A stretch of DNA of 64,000 bases from an uncultured delta proteobacterium. GTDB taxonomy: Bacteria > Myxococcota_A > Polyangia > Fen-1088. The position numbers were made by a program, and so were the translations under genes. Below the pieces are notes generated by a model, which saw only the letters and a list, made by a program, of their open reading frames with translations, did no database searches and had not been told where the DNA came from. Location of the stretch: the NCBI GenBank assembly GCA_963737265.1, contig CAVTRY010000016.1, positions 352,001 to 416,000 on the forward strand, given 5' to 3'. How positions within the stretch are numbered: position 1 is the stretch's first letter; each line of letters starts with the position of its first letter. Shown piece by piece: positions 7,197 through 15,817 of the stretch.

Positions 7197-10118
7197 CTAG
7201 GCGGCATCCTTCGGCTCGCTGTTGCTGCTGTCGAAGCTCGCACGCATGCGGGACGCCACACTGGCCACGTACGGCTCGCGCAGAAGCGTGCCGTGTCCCC
7301 CGGGTACATCGACAACCTCGGCCTGGTAGCCAAGGTAGTCCTGCCAACCGAAGAATGGATCCGCGAGGATCTCCACCAGCGGTGCATCGCTGCCTTTGCC
7401 CTCTGTCGCACGGTAGATCACCGCCTGCGTTCGCTGCAGTTTCGCAGGAACGTACTCGCTCTCCGCGAAAGCAAAGACCTCACGCACCGTTGGAGCGGCA
7501 ACGGCTCGGGGCCAATTCTTCCCGCCCGGAAAGACGTGACGAAGAAGGAAAAGCAACGAGCGGACACGGGCCTGCCGGTAACGATGCTCAACCTCGTAGC
7601 CAAGATAGCCGGTCAGTTTCTCCACACCTTTGCGCACGGTCGCGCCAGCCGTGGCGAGCGAAACGTCGCGGAATACTCCGGAAAACCGCTGCCAGCTCCG
7701 CATTCTGGCGGTGGTTCGTTTCTGCGCTTGCGGCGGCGAAGCTTCGATGATGGCCAGGTGTCGGATCTCCTCGCCGTAGCCCTCAAGCTGGCGCGCGACT
7801 TCGAATGCGATGAGCCCGCCCGCGCAGAGCCCGCCAAGGTGGTACGGTCCCGCCGGCTGAAGCTTGCGGATCTCCTTCACGTAGTGGCCCGCCATTTCCG
7901 CGATGCTGGTGTGGGCCATGGCAACCTTGTCGACGGCGAATGGTTCGATCCCGTAGACCGAGACGTGCTTCGGCATGCGCAGGGCGAGGTTGCGATACAG
8001 CAAGGTCTCGCCGTCGCCGTCGTGAATAAGGAACAGGGCTGGCCCCTGGCCGCCCTCTTTGAGTCGCACGACGCAGCTTTCGCGGCTGTGGACCTTTTGT
8101 TTGATGGCCCGCGCGAGCTGGCGCGGCGTACTGGCATCGAGAATGGTGGCCATCGGCAACCGCACCCCGTACTGCTCTTGAATGGCGCCGAAAAGCCGAA
8201 CCGCGATGAGGGAATTGCCTCCTAGCTCGAAGTAGTCTTGCTCGGCGCCGACTGCGGAGAGACCTAGCAACTCTTCGAAGAGAAGGCAGATACGCATTTC
8301 GAGCTCGGTGCGCTTGCCGCCCGGCTTGATGGGATCCGCCTTGGCACGAGCTGCTGCGGCGGCGGGCACCTCGACGAGCGATCCGTCGTGGTGGCAGCGC
8401 GCCTGCACGGTAAGCCGGTCTGGCGATCCGTTGCGCTCGACAACCAAATGCCCCGGGATACCGAATGGTCGCGGTTGGTTTTCTTCGTCGACGACCCGCA
8501 AGGACAGCGGATGTGCGGACGCGCCGCCCGACAGATACTTGGCGACCCAAGCAGGTGGTGCCGCCGAAACCTGGGCGAAGCGGGCCAAGATTCGCTCGCG
8601 CTCGCCACCCAGCAGATCGACCTCCCGCATGGGTTGGGTTGGATTCCTTACCAGCTCGCGAACCAGGTTCTTGTAGCAGCTCGCCCAATGCTCGATGGTC
8701 TCCTCGTCGAAGAGCTCCGTCTTGAACTCCACCGCCCCGGCAATGCGTTCGCCCCAGTCCTTGACCCACAAGGTGATGTCGTTGGTGGCGGCGCCCGATT
8801 CCAGCTCGAGTTGCGACAGCGAGAGATTGCCCATGTGGGAGCCGCGCTGGCTGACCTGCTGAAAGCTGAATTCGATCTGAAAGGCAGGCGCGAAGCCACC
8901 GGCATCGGATGGAGCCGAACGCACATCCAAGCGCTCGAGGGGGTATTCCTGATGTTCGTAGGCCGACAGGCAGAAGTCGCGCAGGGAAACGGCGAATTCG
9001 GCGAAGGTTCGGTCGAGATCGACATGAGTGCGCAGAAGCAGGATGTTGACGACGGGACCTATCAGTCCTTCAAGGCTAGGTTGGGTGCGAGCGTCCACCG
9101 GAGACGCGATGACGATGTCGCGCGTGGTCCCCATTCGCGCCAGCAACGCGTACAGCGAGGCCAGCAGGGTGATTTGCGGAGTGACCGACGCCTGCTTGGC
9201 GAAGCGCCGGATGGCATCCGCGGCCTCCACCGGAATCTCGAAAGGAATGCCCTTGCCCAGCGCCACAGCTACGCGCGGGCGCGGCCGATCGGTCGGCAAC
9301 GGAAGGGGTGGCAATTCTTGCCCGAGCGCGGTCTTCCAGAAGGTCGCCTGGTCGGCTATCTCCTGGGTGACTCGCTTGCGCTGCCACGCCACGAAGTCCT
9401 CGTAGCTAATGGGCAGGGGCGCGGGCGGCCAAGGCTCGCCCTGGGTGATGGCCGCGTAGCCCCCGCGCATCTCCTGCCAGAACACGTCGAACGACCAGCC
9501 GTCGAAGATCAGGACATTGAAAGCCGTGTGCAGCACGTACACTTCGGGGCTCACCCGTACGAGAGTAAAGCGAAAGAGCGGGGGCTGCCGGATGTCGAAT
9601 TCAACGTGGGAAAGATCCGCGAGCAACTCGCGCAGACGTTGCGGCCGCTCGTCGTCGCTGTACCCGGTGAGGTCGGTGGTGGGCAGAGCTAGCGGAACGT
9701 CCGCAAGCACCTCTTGTTCCGCGTTTTCCCCATCGAGGAGAAAACGCGTGCGCAACGGCATGTGGCGCGCGACAATCCAGCGCAGGGATTCGGTCAGCGC
9801 CGAGACATCGAGTGCCCCGCGCAACAAGAACGCAGTCGGTACGGCACTCGAGATTCGGCCGGTAATGACCGCCCTCCGCTGGGTGAAGGACAGCGGGAAA
9901 TGCCCTTTCGCCACGGTACGCGGAATCGCCGAGCCAGCTCCGGATTTCCGCGAGACATCCGCAAGCAGGGTCAAAAGCTCGGCCTTGGCCGCGCGGATTT
10001 GGGCGGCGAGATCGGGTGTCAGCACGCCGGGCGCCGCGATACAACGCAGACGATCGCCGTCGACGACCAGCTCGATCTTTTGCTCGCGAATGACTCCGAG
10101 CAGTTCGCCTACTTTCAA
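7197..10118 (-). CDS. NRPS-like terminal protein: TubC-type docking domain, C (His-less), vestigial A, PCP, TE (Cys)
   Basis: TTG start with GAGGAGG RBS overlapping the upstream stop. N-terminus KIELVVDGDRLRCIAAPGVLTPDLAAQIRAAKAELL; C motif FNVLIFDGWS; PCP YFELGGNSL; TE GGLCAGG ... GGHGTLL. Confidence 0.88.
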   Translation of the reverse strand: MKVGELLGVIREQKIELVVDGDRLRCIAAPGVLTPDLAAQIRAAKAELLTLLADVSRKSGAGSAIPRTVAKGHFPLSFTQRRAVITGRISSAVPTAFLLRGALDVSALTESLRWIVARHMPLRTRFLLDGENAEQEVLADVPLALPTTDLTGYSDDERPQRLRELLADLSHVEFDIRQPPLFRFTLVRVSPEVYVLHTAFNVLIFDGWSFDVFWQEMRGGYAAITQGEPWPPAPLPISYEDFVAWQRKRVTQEIADQATFWKTALGQELPPLPLPTDRPRPRVAVALGKGIPFEIPVEAADAIRRFAKQASVTPQITLLASLYALLARMGTTRDIVIASPVDARTQPSLEGLIGPVVNILLLRTHVDLDRTFAEFAVSLRDFCLSAYEHQEYPLERLDVRSAPSDAGGFAPAFQIEFSFQQVSQRGSHMGNLSLSQLELESGAATNDITLWVKDWGERIAGAVEFKTELFDEETIEHWASCYKNLVRELVRNPTQPMREVDLLGGERERILARFAQVSAAPPAWVAKYLSGGASAHPLSLRVVDEENQPRPFGIPGHLVVERNGSPDRLTVQARCHHDGSLVEVPAAAAARAKADPIKPGGKRTELEMRICLLFEELLGLSAVGAEQDYFELGGNSLIAVRLFGAIQEQYGVRLPMATILDASTPRQLARAIKQKVHSRESCVVRLKEGGQGPALFLIHDGDGETLLYRNLALRMPKHVSVYGIEPFAVDKVAMAHTSIAEMAGHYVKEIRKLQPAGPYHLGGLCAGGLIAFEVARQLEGYGEEIRHLAIIEASPPQAQKRTTARMRSWQRFSGVFRDVSLATAGATVRKGVEKLTGYLGYEVEHRYRQARVRSLLFLLRHVFPGGKNWPRAVAAPTVREVFAFAESEYVPAKLQRTQAVIYRATEGKGSDAPLVEILADPFFGWQDYLGYQAEVVDVPGGHGTLLREPYVASVASRMRASFDSSNSEPKDAA

Positions 10119-13100
10119 AAATCGACCTCCTCGGTTTCGCCCGCGGCGCGCAGTTGCCCGTCGCCGCCGCTCCGGCCGACAAGCAGCGCCGCCTCGACGT
10201 GCGCCGACAACTCCTCGATGGTCTGCGCGCGGAAGACTGTGCGCAACGGAATGTCCACGGCGAAGGTTTCGCGAATCCGATTCAGCATTCGCACTGCCAG
10301 CATCGAATGCCCGCCGAGAGCGAAGAAGCCGTCGCGCAATCCCACCCGCCCGACGCGCAGAAGATCGGCCCACATCGTCGCCATCTGCGTCTGGATCGTC
10401 GTCACCGGAGCGACGTAGTCTTCCCCGCCCGCCTGGCCGAGCTCGGTCGCGGGTAGCGCCTTGCGATCGACCTTGCCATTCGGGGTTAGCGGCATGGCAT
10501 CGAGCACCACGAGGTGCTGCGGAACCATGTAGGGCGGCAAACGGTCGCGCAGGTGCTTGGTCAACGTGGCGGGGTCGATGGTCTGCCCGGGAGCAGGAAC
10601 GACATAGGCCACCAGCCTGGCGTCGCCGACGGCAATCTCACGAATCATGACAGCGCTTTGGCGAACGCTTGCGTGCTGATCCAAGGCGGACTCGATTTCG
10701 CCGAGCTCGATTCTGAATCCGCGCAACTTGACCTGGCCATCGTTGCGCCGCTCGAAATACAGGCGGCCGTCGCCGCTCCAGCGCACCAGATCGCCGGTTC
10801 GATACATGCGCGCGCCGGGCTCCTTCGCGTAGGGATCGGGCACGTATCGTTCGGCGGTCAGGTCGGGCCGATTGAGATACCCGCGCCCCACGCCAAACCC
10901 GCCGATGTAGAGCTCGCCGGCAGCTCCCGTGGGAACCAGCTGGCCCGCCCCATCGAGCAGATAGACGGTGGTGTTGTCGACCGGACGCCCGATGCTGATG
11001 GGACCATCGGTGGTGTCGATGCGCCCGCAGGTCGACCAGATGGTGGTTTCGGTTGGCCCGTAGAGATTCCACAGACTACCGACCCGGCCGAGAAGGTCAT
11101 TGGCCAGCTCGCGTGGCAAGGCCTCCCCCGTGGACATGGCCTTGAAGTTCTTGCCGCCGACGAAATTCGCCTCGCACAGCAGGCGCCACGTCGCCGGCGT
11201 GGCCTGCAACACCGTCGCACCCACGTCGTGCAGGAATTTCGCCAGCGCCGGGCCGTCCATGGCTACGTCTCGCGAGGCGATGACCGTGCGGCTTCCCACG
11301 CAAAGGGGCAGGAACAATTCGAGCGCCGCGATGTCGAACGAGAGCGTCGTCACCGCCACGAGAACGTCGCCGGCGGAAAGCCCCGGCACGCGCGACGCGC
11401 TAGCGAGGAAGTTGATCACGCCGAGTTGCTCGACCTGCACGCCCTTGGGCTTGCCCGTCGAACCCGAGGTGTGCAGCACGTAGGCGAGCTGATGCGGATC
11501 CGCCCCGCGCGGAGGGGCGTCGTCGCGAGCGCCGTCTTCCTCGTCGATCCACAGGCGTGTCAGCGAGCCCTGCGGAAACACCTCGGCCAGCCCATGTTCG
11601 GTGACCAGCACGCGGACCTTCGCATCTTCGAGGACGAAGGCCAACCTAGCCGGCGGATAGTCCGGATCGAGCGGAACGTAGGCGGCTTCGGCCTTCCACA
11701 CCCCGAGCAGAGCAACCACGAGTCGAGTACCGCGCTCGATGCACAGGCCGACGCAATCGTCTTTGCCCACCCCCAGCTCTTTCAGCTTGTGGGCAACTTG
11801 GTTGGCTCGCCGGTCGAGCTCGAGGTAGGTGAGCGAGCCGCGATCGTCGCGCACGGCCACCGTATCGGGCGTGCGCCGAGCTTGCGCCTCGATGAAATCG
11901 ATGGCGGACGAAACCGCGGGCAGCTCGCGCTGGGTGGCATTCCATTCCGTCAGCAAGCACGTCTGCTCGTCGTCGGGAAGGACGCGCATTCTGCCGAGTG
12001 GCGTGCCGGGCGCGGCGACCACCGCCTGGAGCAACGTGGTCAGCTCGCGCAGCCAGCGCAGAATCGTCCGATGGTCGAAGAGACGTGTGTTGTAGGTGGT
12101 CTCGAGCACCAAGCCGTCGTCGGTCTCGATGCCGTTGAAGAACAGCTCGAAGCGCTCGAAGGCACGCGGGTTGCTGATGAAGGATCCAGTCGCAGCGCCG
12201 AAGCGGACGGCCGGCATCCGCTGATCCAGGTTGAACACCACGGGGATAAGCGGAATCCTGGCCGGGTCGCGGGGAACTTCCAGCTTCTTGAGTAGGGCGC
12301 CGAAGGACAGCCGCTGGTGCTCCGCTCCCTCGACGATTTGCCGTTTCAGCGTGCGAACGTGGTCAAGGAAAGCGGCCTCGGGATCGAGAGTCACGCGCAG
12401 AGGCAACGTATTCACGCAATGCCCAACCAGCCCAGGCATTCCCGCCGCAGCCTGCCCTGCCGCCGGCAGGCCCATGGCGAACTCGGTTTGTCCGGTCAGG
12501 CGATACAGCCAGGCATCGACCGCGGCCATGAGGGTTGCCACCAGGGTGGCCGAAGCCTGCTTCGCTACCCCACGCAAGCCGTCGAGCAGCGCCCGATCGA
12601 GCAACCAGTCCTCGCGCCGTGCATCGAGCTTGAGCTCGCGCGCTCGCGGTCTGTCGACGGGAAGCTCCAAACTGGACGGAGCGGTGCCAAGAACACCGAG
12701 CCAGTACTTCTCAGCCTCCTCCGCATCCGCCCCGTGCATCCCCCGCAGCTCGGTCACCGCGAAATCGGAGAACAGCGGCGCCGTGGCGAGTTTGGCAGAC
12801 CGCTCTTCTTTTAGGGCGGCGTAAAGCTCGCCAAGCTCCGTCAGGACTACGCCTGTCGACCATCCATCGCAGACGATGTGGTGGGCGGTTAGCACCAGTT
12901 CGTACTGCTCGGGTTCTAGACGAATCAGCAATGGGCGAAAGAGCGGCCCGCGCACGAGATCGAAGGGCACGCGCACCTGTTCCGCGACGACTTCCTTGCG
13001 CCTGGCTTCGCGCACCTCGGGGGCCAGCGAACCGAGGTCGATGACCGTCAGCTTCGCGCGTGGCTCCGCCTCCACCAGGTACTGGGTGCCGTCGCCCGTG

Positions 13101-13339
13101 AAGGTCGTGCGCAGGGCTTCGTGGCGGCGGACCAAATCCGCCACGGCATGGTCGAGAATGTCGGCGTCGAGGGGCCCGCGAATCGCCAACGAGACAGACT
13201 CGTTGTAGGCAAGGTTGGCTTCTTCTCCCAACAAGGCAATGGCGAGCCAAATCTCCTGCTGTGGCTCCGTCACCGGAGCGGAAAGAACGATCGCACCGCT
13301 GGCGAAGGGATCGTGGTCGACAAGAGTGGTGCTTTTCAT
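10115..13339 (-). CDS. NRPS module C-A-PCP (Gly-like A domain)
   Basis: HHIVCDGWS; YVLHTSGSTGKPKG; TTLSFDIAALEL; NLYGPTETTIWS; YRTGD; NGKVDR; PCP FFALGGHSM; acidic C-terminal tail EEVDF. Confidence 0.95.
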   Translation of the reverse strand: MKSTTLVDHDPFASGAIVLSAPVTEPQQEIWLAIALLGEEANLAYNESVSLAIRGPLDADILDHAVADLVRRHEALRTTFTGDGTQYLVEAEPRAKLTVIDLGSLAPEVREARRKEVVAEQVRVPFDLVRGPLFRPLLIRLEPEQYELVLTAHHIVCDGWSTGVVLTELGELYAALKEERSAKLATAPLFSDFAVTELRGMHGADAEEAEKYWLGVLGTAPSSLELPVDRPRARELKLDARREDWLLDRALLDGLRGVAKQASATLVATLMAAVDAWLYRLTGQTEFAMGLPAAGQAAAGMPGLVGHCVNTLPLRVTLDPEAAFLDHVRTLKRQIVEGAEHQRLSFGALLKKLEVPRDPARIPLIPVVFNLDQRMPAVRFGAATGSFISNPRAFERFELFFNGIETDDGLVLETTYNTRLFDHRTILRWLRELTTLLQAVVAAPGTPLGRMRVLPDDEQTCLLTEWNATQRELPAVSSAIDFIEAQARRTPDTVAVRDDRGSLTYLELDRRANQVAHKLKELGVGKDDCVGLCIERGTRLVVALLGVWKAEAAYVPLDPDYPPARLAFVLEDAKVRVLVTEHGLAEVFPQGSLTRLWIDEEDGARDDAPPRGADPHQLAYVLHTSGSTGKPKGVQVEQLGVINFLASASRVPGLSAGDVLVAVTTLSFDIAALELFLPLCVGSRTVIASRDVAMDGPALAKFLHDVGATVLQATPATWRLLCEANFVGGKNFKAMSTGEALPRELANDLLGRVGSLWNLYGPTETTIWSTCGRIDTTDGPISIGRPVDNTTVYLLDGAGQLVPTGAAGELYIGGFGVGRGYLNRPDLTAERYVPDPYAKEPGARMYRTGDLVRWSGDGRLYFERRNDGQVKLRGFRIELGEIESALDQHASVRQSAVMIREIAVGDARLVAYVVPAPGQTIDPATLTKHLRDRLPPYMVPQHLVVLDAMPLTPNGKVDRKALPATELGQAGGEDYVAPVTTIQTQMATMWADLLRVGRVGLRDGFFALGGHSMLAVRMLNRIRETFAVDIPLRTVFRAQTIEELSAHVEAALLVGRSGGDGQLRAAGETEEVDF

Positions 13340-13343
13340 GGCG

Positions 13344-15518
13344 CTATACCTTCTCAAGAGGAATATGTCTTAAGGGGTTTATGGGATCGGGCACGAACCA
13401 GGCCGGGTTTCCCTTGGCATCTCGGCCCAGGCGCGCGCCCAGCGCGGGCGGTGCATCGGCGCGGATTTGCACCACGGGGCGGGGATAGAAGCCACCCTCT
13501 TGCATCGCCGCGATGGCCTGCTTGAACACCTCAATGACCGCCGCCAGATCTTCTTCCTGATGGGCCAGGCTGACAAAGCACGGCCGCCCATCCCACACGT
13601 GCACGCCGCGCTCTCGTGCGTGGGCGAACAGGATCTCGCCATAGGGGGTCTCGGCGGTCTGCGCGAACTTCATCACGCTGCCAAAATGATGAAGCTCGAC
13701 CGGCGCCTCCTCGGCGCGAAAAAGTTGATTAAGGCTGTCGACGAAGCGCTCGGTCTTCTCGTTGAGCCGCCGTTGCAGATCCGGGCCCTGCTCTTTCATG
13801 TACAGAAGCGCCGCCCTGGCCGCGGCCATCGCGATGGGGTGGCGCACGAACGTCCCGGCGAAATAGGTCACCCCTACCTCGGGCGCCGACGCGTCCCCGT
13901 ACTCCCAGTGTCCGCCATCCAGCGCATCCATGTACGCGCGTTTGCCAGCCACAATCCCGATCGACAGCCCGCCGCCCACTACCTTGCCGTAGCTGCCGAG
14001 GTCGGCCTGAATCCCGAAGTGCTCCTGCGCACCGCCGGGGGCCACCCGGAAACCGCATACCACCTCGTCGAAGATCAGGGCGATGTCGGTCTCCTGGGTG
14101 AGCTGGCGCAGGTCTTTCAAGAACGCAGCCGGCTGAATGTGAGGCGCGCGGCTTTGCACGGGCTCGACCAAGACCGCGGCGATTTCGTCCGCGCGCTGGC
14201 GGATCACGTCGAGCGCCGCCGGATCATTCCATGGCAAAACAAGCATATTCTCGACCGAGGCGCGCGGGATGCCGGGCGCGGCGGGCATGGTTCGCGCCTT
14301 GGTTGCGCGAACGACGACCTCGTCGAAGATGCCGTGGTAGGCACCGGCGAACATCACCACCAGATCGCGCCCGGTCACCGTGCGCGCCAGCCGCAGCGTC
14401 GCCAGCACCGCCTCGGAACCGGTATTGCAAAAGGCGACCCGGTCGAAGGGAACGAATTCGCGAAACAGCGTCGCCACTTCCTCGGCCAGCCAGGTTTGCG
14501 GCCCGATCTCCATGCCAAGCTCCATCTGCTCCGCGATGGCCTTGCGAATGAAGGGCGCGCCGAACCCGAAAAAATTCGACCCGTAGCCGCTCAACAAATC
14601 GATGTATTCGTTGCCATCCAGATCCCAGAGCCGGCAGCCCGACGAGCGCCTGGCCACGATGGGATAGACCAGCTCCTTGAGGCGCGGACGAAAACCGGCG
14701 ACGGTGCGCGGATCGGAGATCTGCTTGCGGTTGCGGGCCGTAAATGCCTTGGACGCCGCGGTCTTCGCCGTGTAGCGCGCGATCAGACGTTCGAGGTGCT
14801 TGTTCTGCGTCGGGGTCAGATCCTTGCCGCTCGTGCGATCGATCACGAGCTGCGGTCCATGCCCACGGGGCGGTTCGCTGGGCTGCGCGGGCGAATTGGA
14901 ATCGACAGCACCCGCAGGCGAGCCGGCGGCGGCCTCGCCGGGAGTGGATGCCCGCGCGACGGTCCCATCCGGCACGGGCAAGGTCTGGCCCGACGCCGCG
15001 CCCGACACCGACTCGGGCACCAGCGCTTGGCCGCCCGAGAGCAACTCGAGCTGACGACGCATAATGGAGAGTTGGCCGCGCACCAACTCCTCGACGGCGG
15101 ACATTCCTGGTGCGGAAAATTGGGAGAGTGCCATCGTCTCACTCCTTTGCAAGCGAACGGGTGCGACCGTCGGGCGAGCGGGCCGCGGCGCCGCGCTCAC
15201 AGATGCCGACGCTTCCGCGGATCCGCCAGGTTTGGTCGCCGGAGCGGCGTCCGCGAAAGCGGAAGCAGGCAAGCTTCCATCGAGGTGCTCGGCCAGTTGC
15301 TGACAACTCGGAAATTCTTCGGCCAGATCCTTTAGCTTGACCTTGACCTTGAATTGCTTGCTCATCGCCAGTGCGGCTTGGGTCAGCAGCAGCGAATCCA
15401 ACCCGAGATCCGAGAAGGTGGCCGAAGGAGCTTCCGCCGAAAGATCGCGCCCCGAGATTTCCTCGAGGACAGCCTGAACACTGCCAACGATACGAAGTAC
15501 ACGGCTTGGTGATGTCAA
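13344..15518 (-). CDS. ACP-class III aminotransferase didomain (PKS-associated, McyE/MycA-type AmT)
   Basis: ACP FSDLGLDSLL; AmT WDLDGNEYID, FCNTGSEA, IFDEVVCGFR, YGKVVGGG, AGTFVRHP; TTG start after AAGGA. Confidence 0.92.
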   Translation of the reverse strand: MTSPSRVLRIVGSVQAVLEEISGRDLSAEAPSATFSDLGLDSLLLTQAALAMSKQFKVKVKLKDLAEEFPSCQQLAEHLDGSLPASAFADAAPATKPGGSAEASASVSAAPRPARPTVAPVRLQRSETMALSQFSAPGMSAVEELVRGQLSIMRRQLELLSGGQALVPESVSGAASGQTLPVPDGTVARASTPGEAAAGSPAGAVDSNSPAQPSEPPRGHGPQLVIDRTSGKDLTPTQNKHLERLIARYTAKTAASKAFTARNRKQISDPRTVAGFRPRLKELVYPIVARRSSGCRLWDLDGNEYIDLLSGYGSNFFGFGAPFIRKAIAEQMELGMEIGPQTWLAEEVATLFREFVPFDRVAFCNTGSEAVLATLRLARTVTGRDLVVMFAGAYHGIFDEVVVRATKARTMPAAPGIPRASVENMLVLPWNDPAALDVIRQRADEIAAVLVEPVQSRAPHIQPAAFLKDLRQLTQETDIALIFDEVVCGFRVAPGGAQEHFGIQADLGSYGKVVGGGLSIGIVAGKRAYMDALDGGHWEYGDASAPEVGVTYFAGTFVRHPIAMAAARAALLYMKEQGPDLQRRLNEKTERFVDSLNQLFRAEEAPVELHHFGSVMKFAQTAETPYGEILFAHARERGVHVWDGRPCFVSLAHQEEDLAAVIEVFKQAIAAMQEGGFYPRPVVQIRADAPPALGARLGRDAKGNPAWFVPDPINPLRHIPLEKV

Positions 15519-15817
15519 GGGTAAGGTCCTTGTTAAGTTGGATGCATTTTAAGTTGGTTACGTTCGTCGCACATTGCGATTCTTGTCAAATAATCTAGGC
15601 CAAATTATTCTGCGCCGAAACACTCTACATGCACCTTTTTGGGGGGGTATGGCTGGAAACCCGCCCGACTAGATGCATCACCTCACCTCTTCTCTTCGCG
15701 ATCCTGCGCGAATCCTGTTTCGGCGCTGGGGATAGAGTAGATTTCCTGGCTAGCCTCTCCGATTCAGTTCTCCGTCAACCCAGACAACTGGCGCCAAGAA
15801 GCCAACCGAGAATAGCC

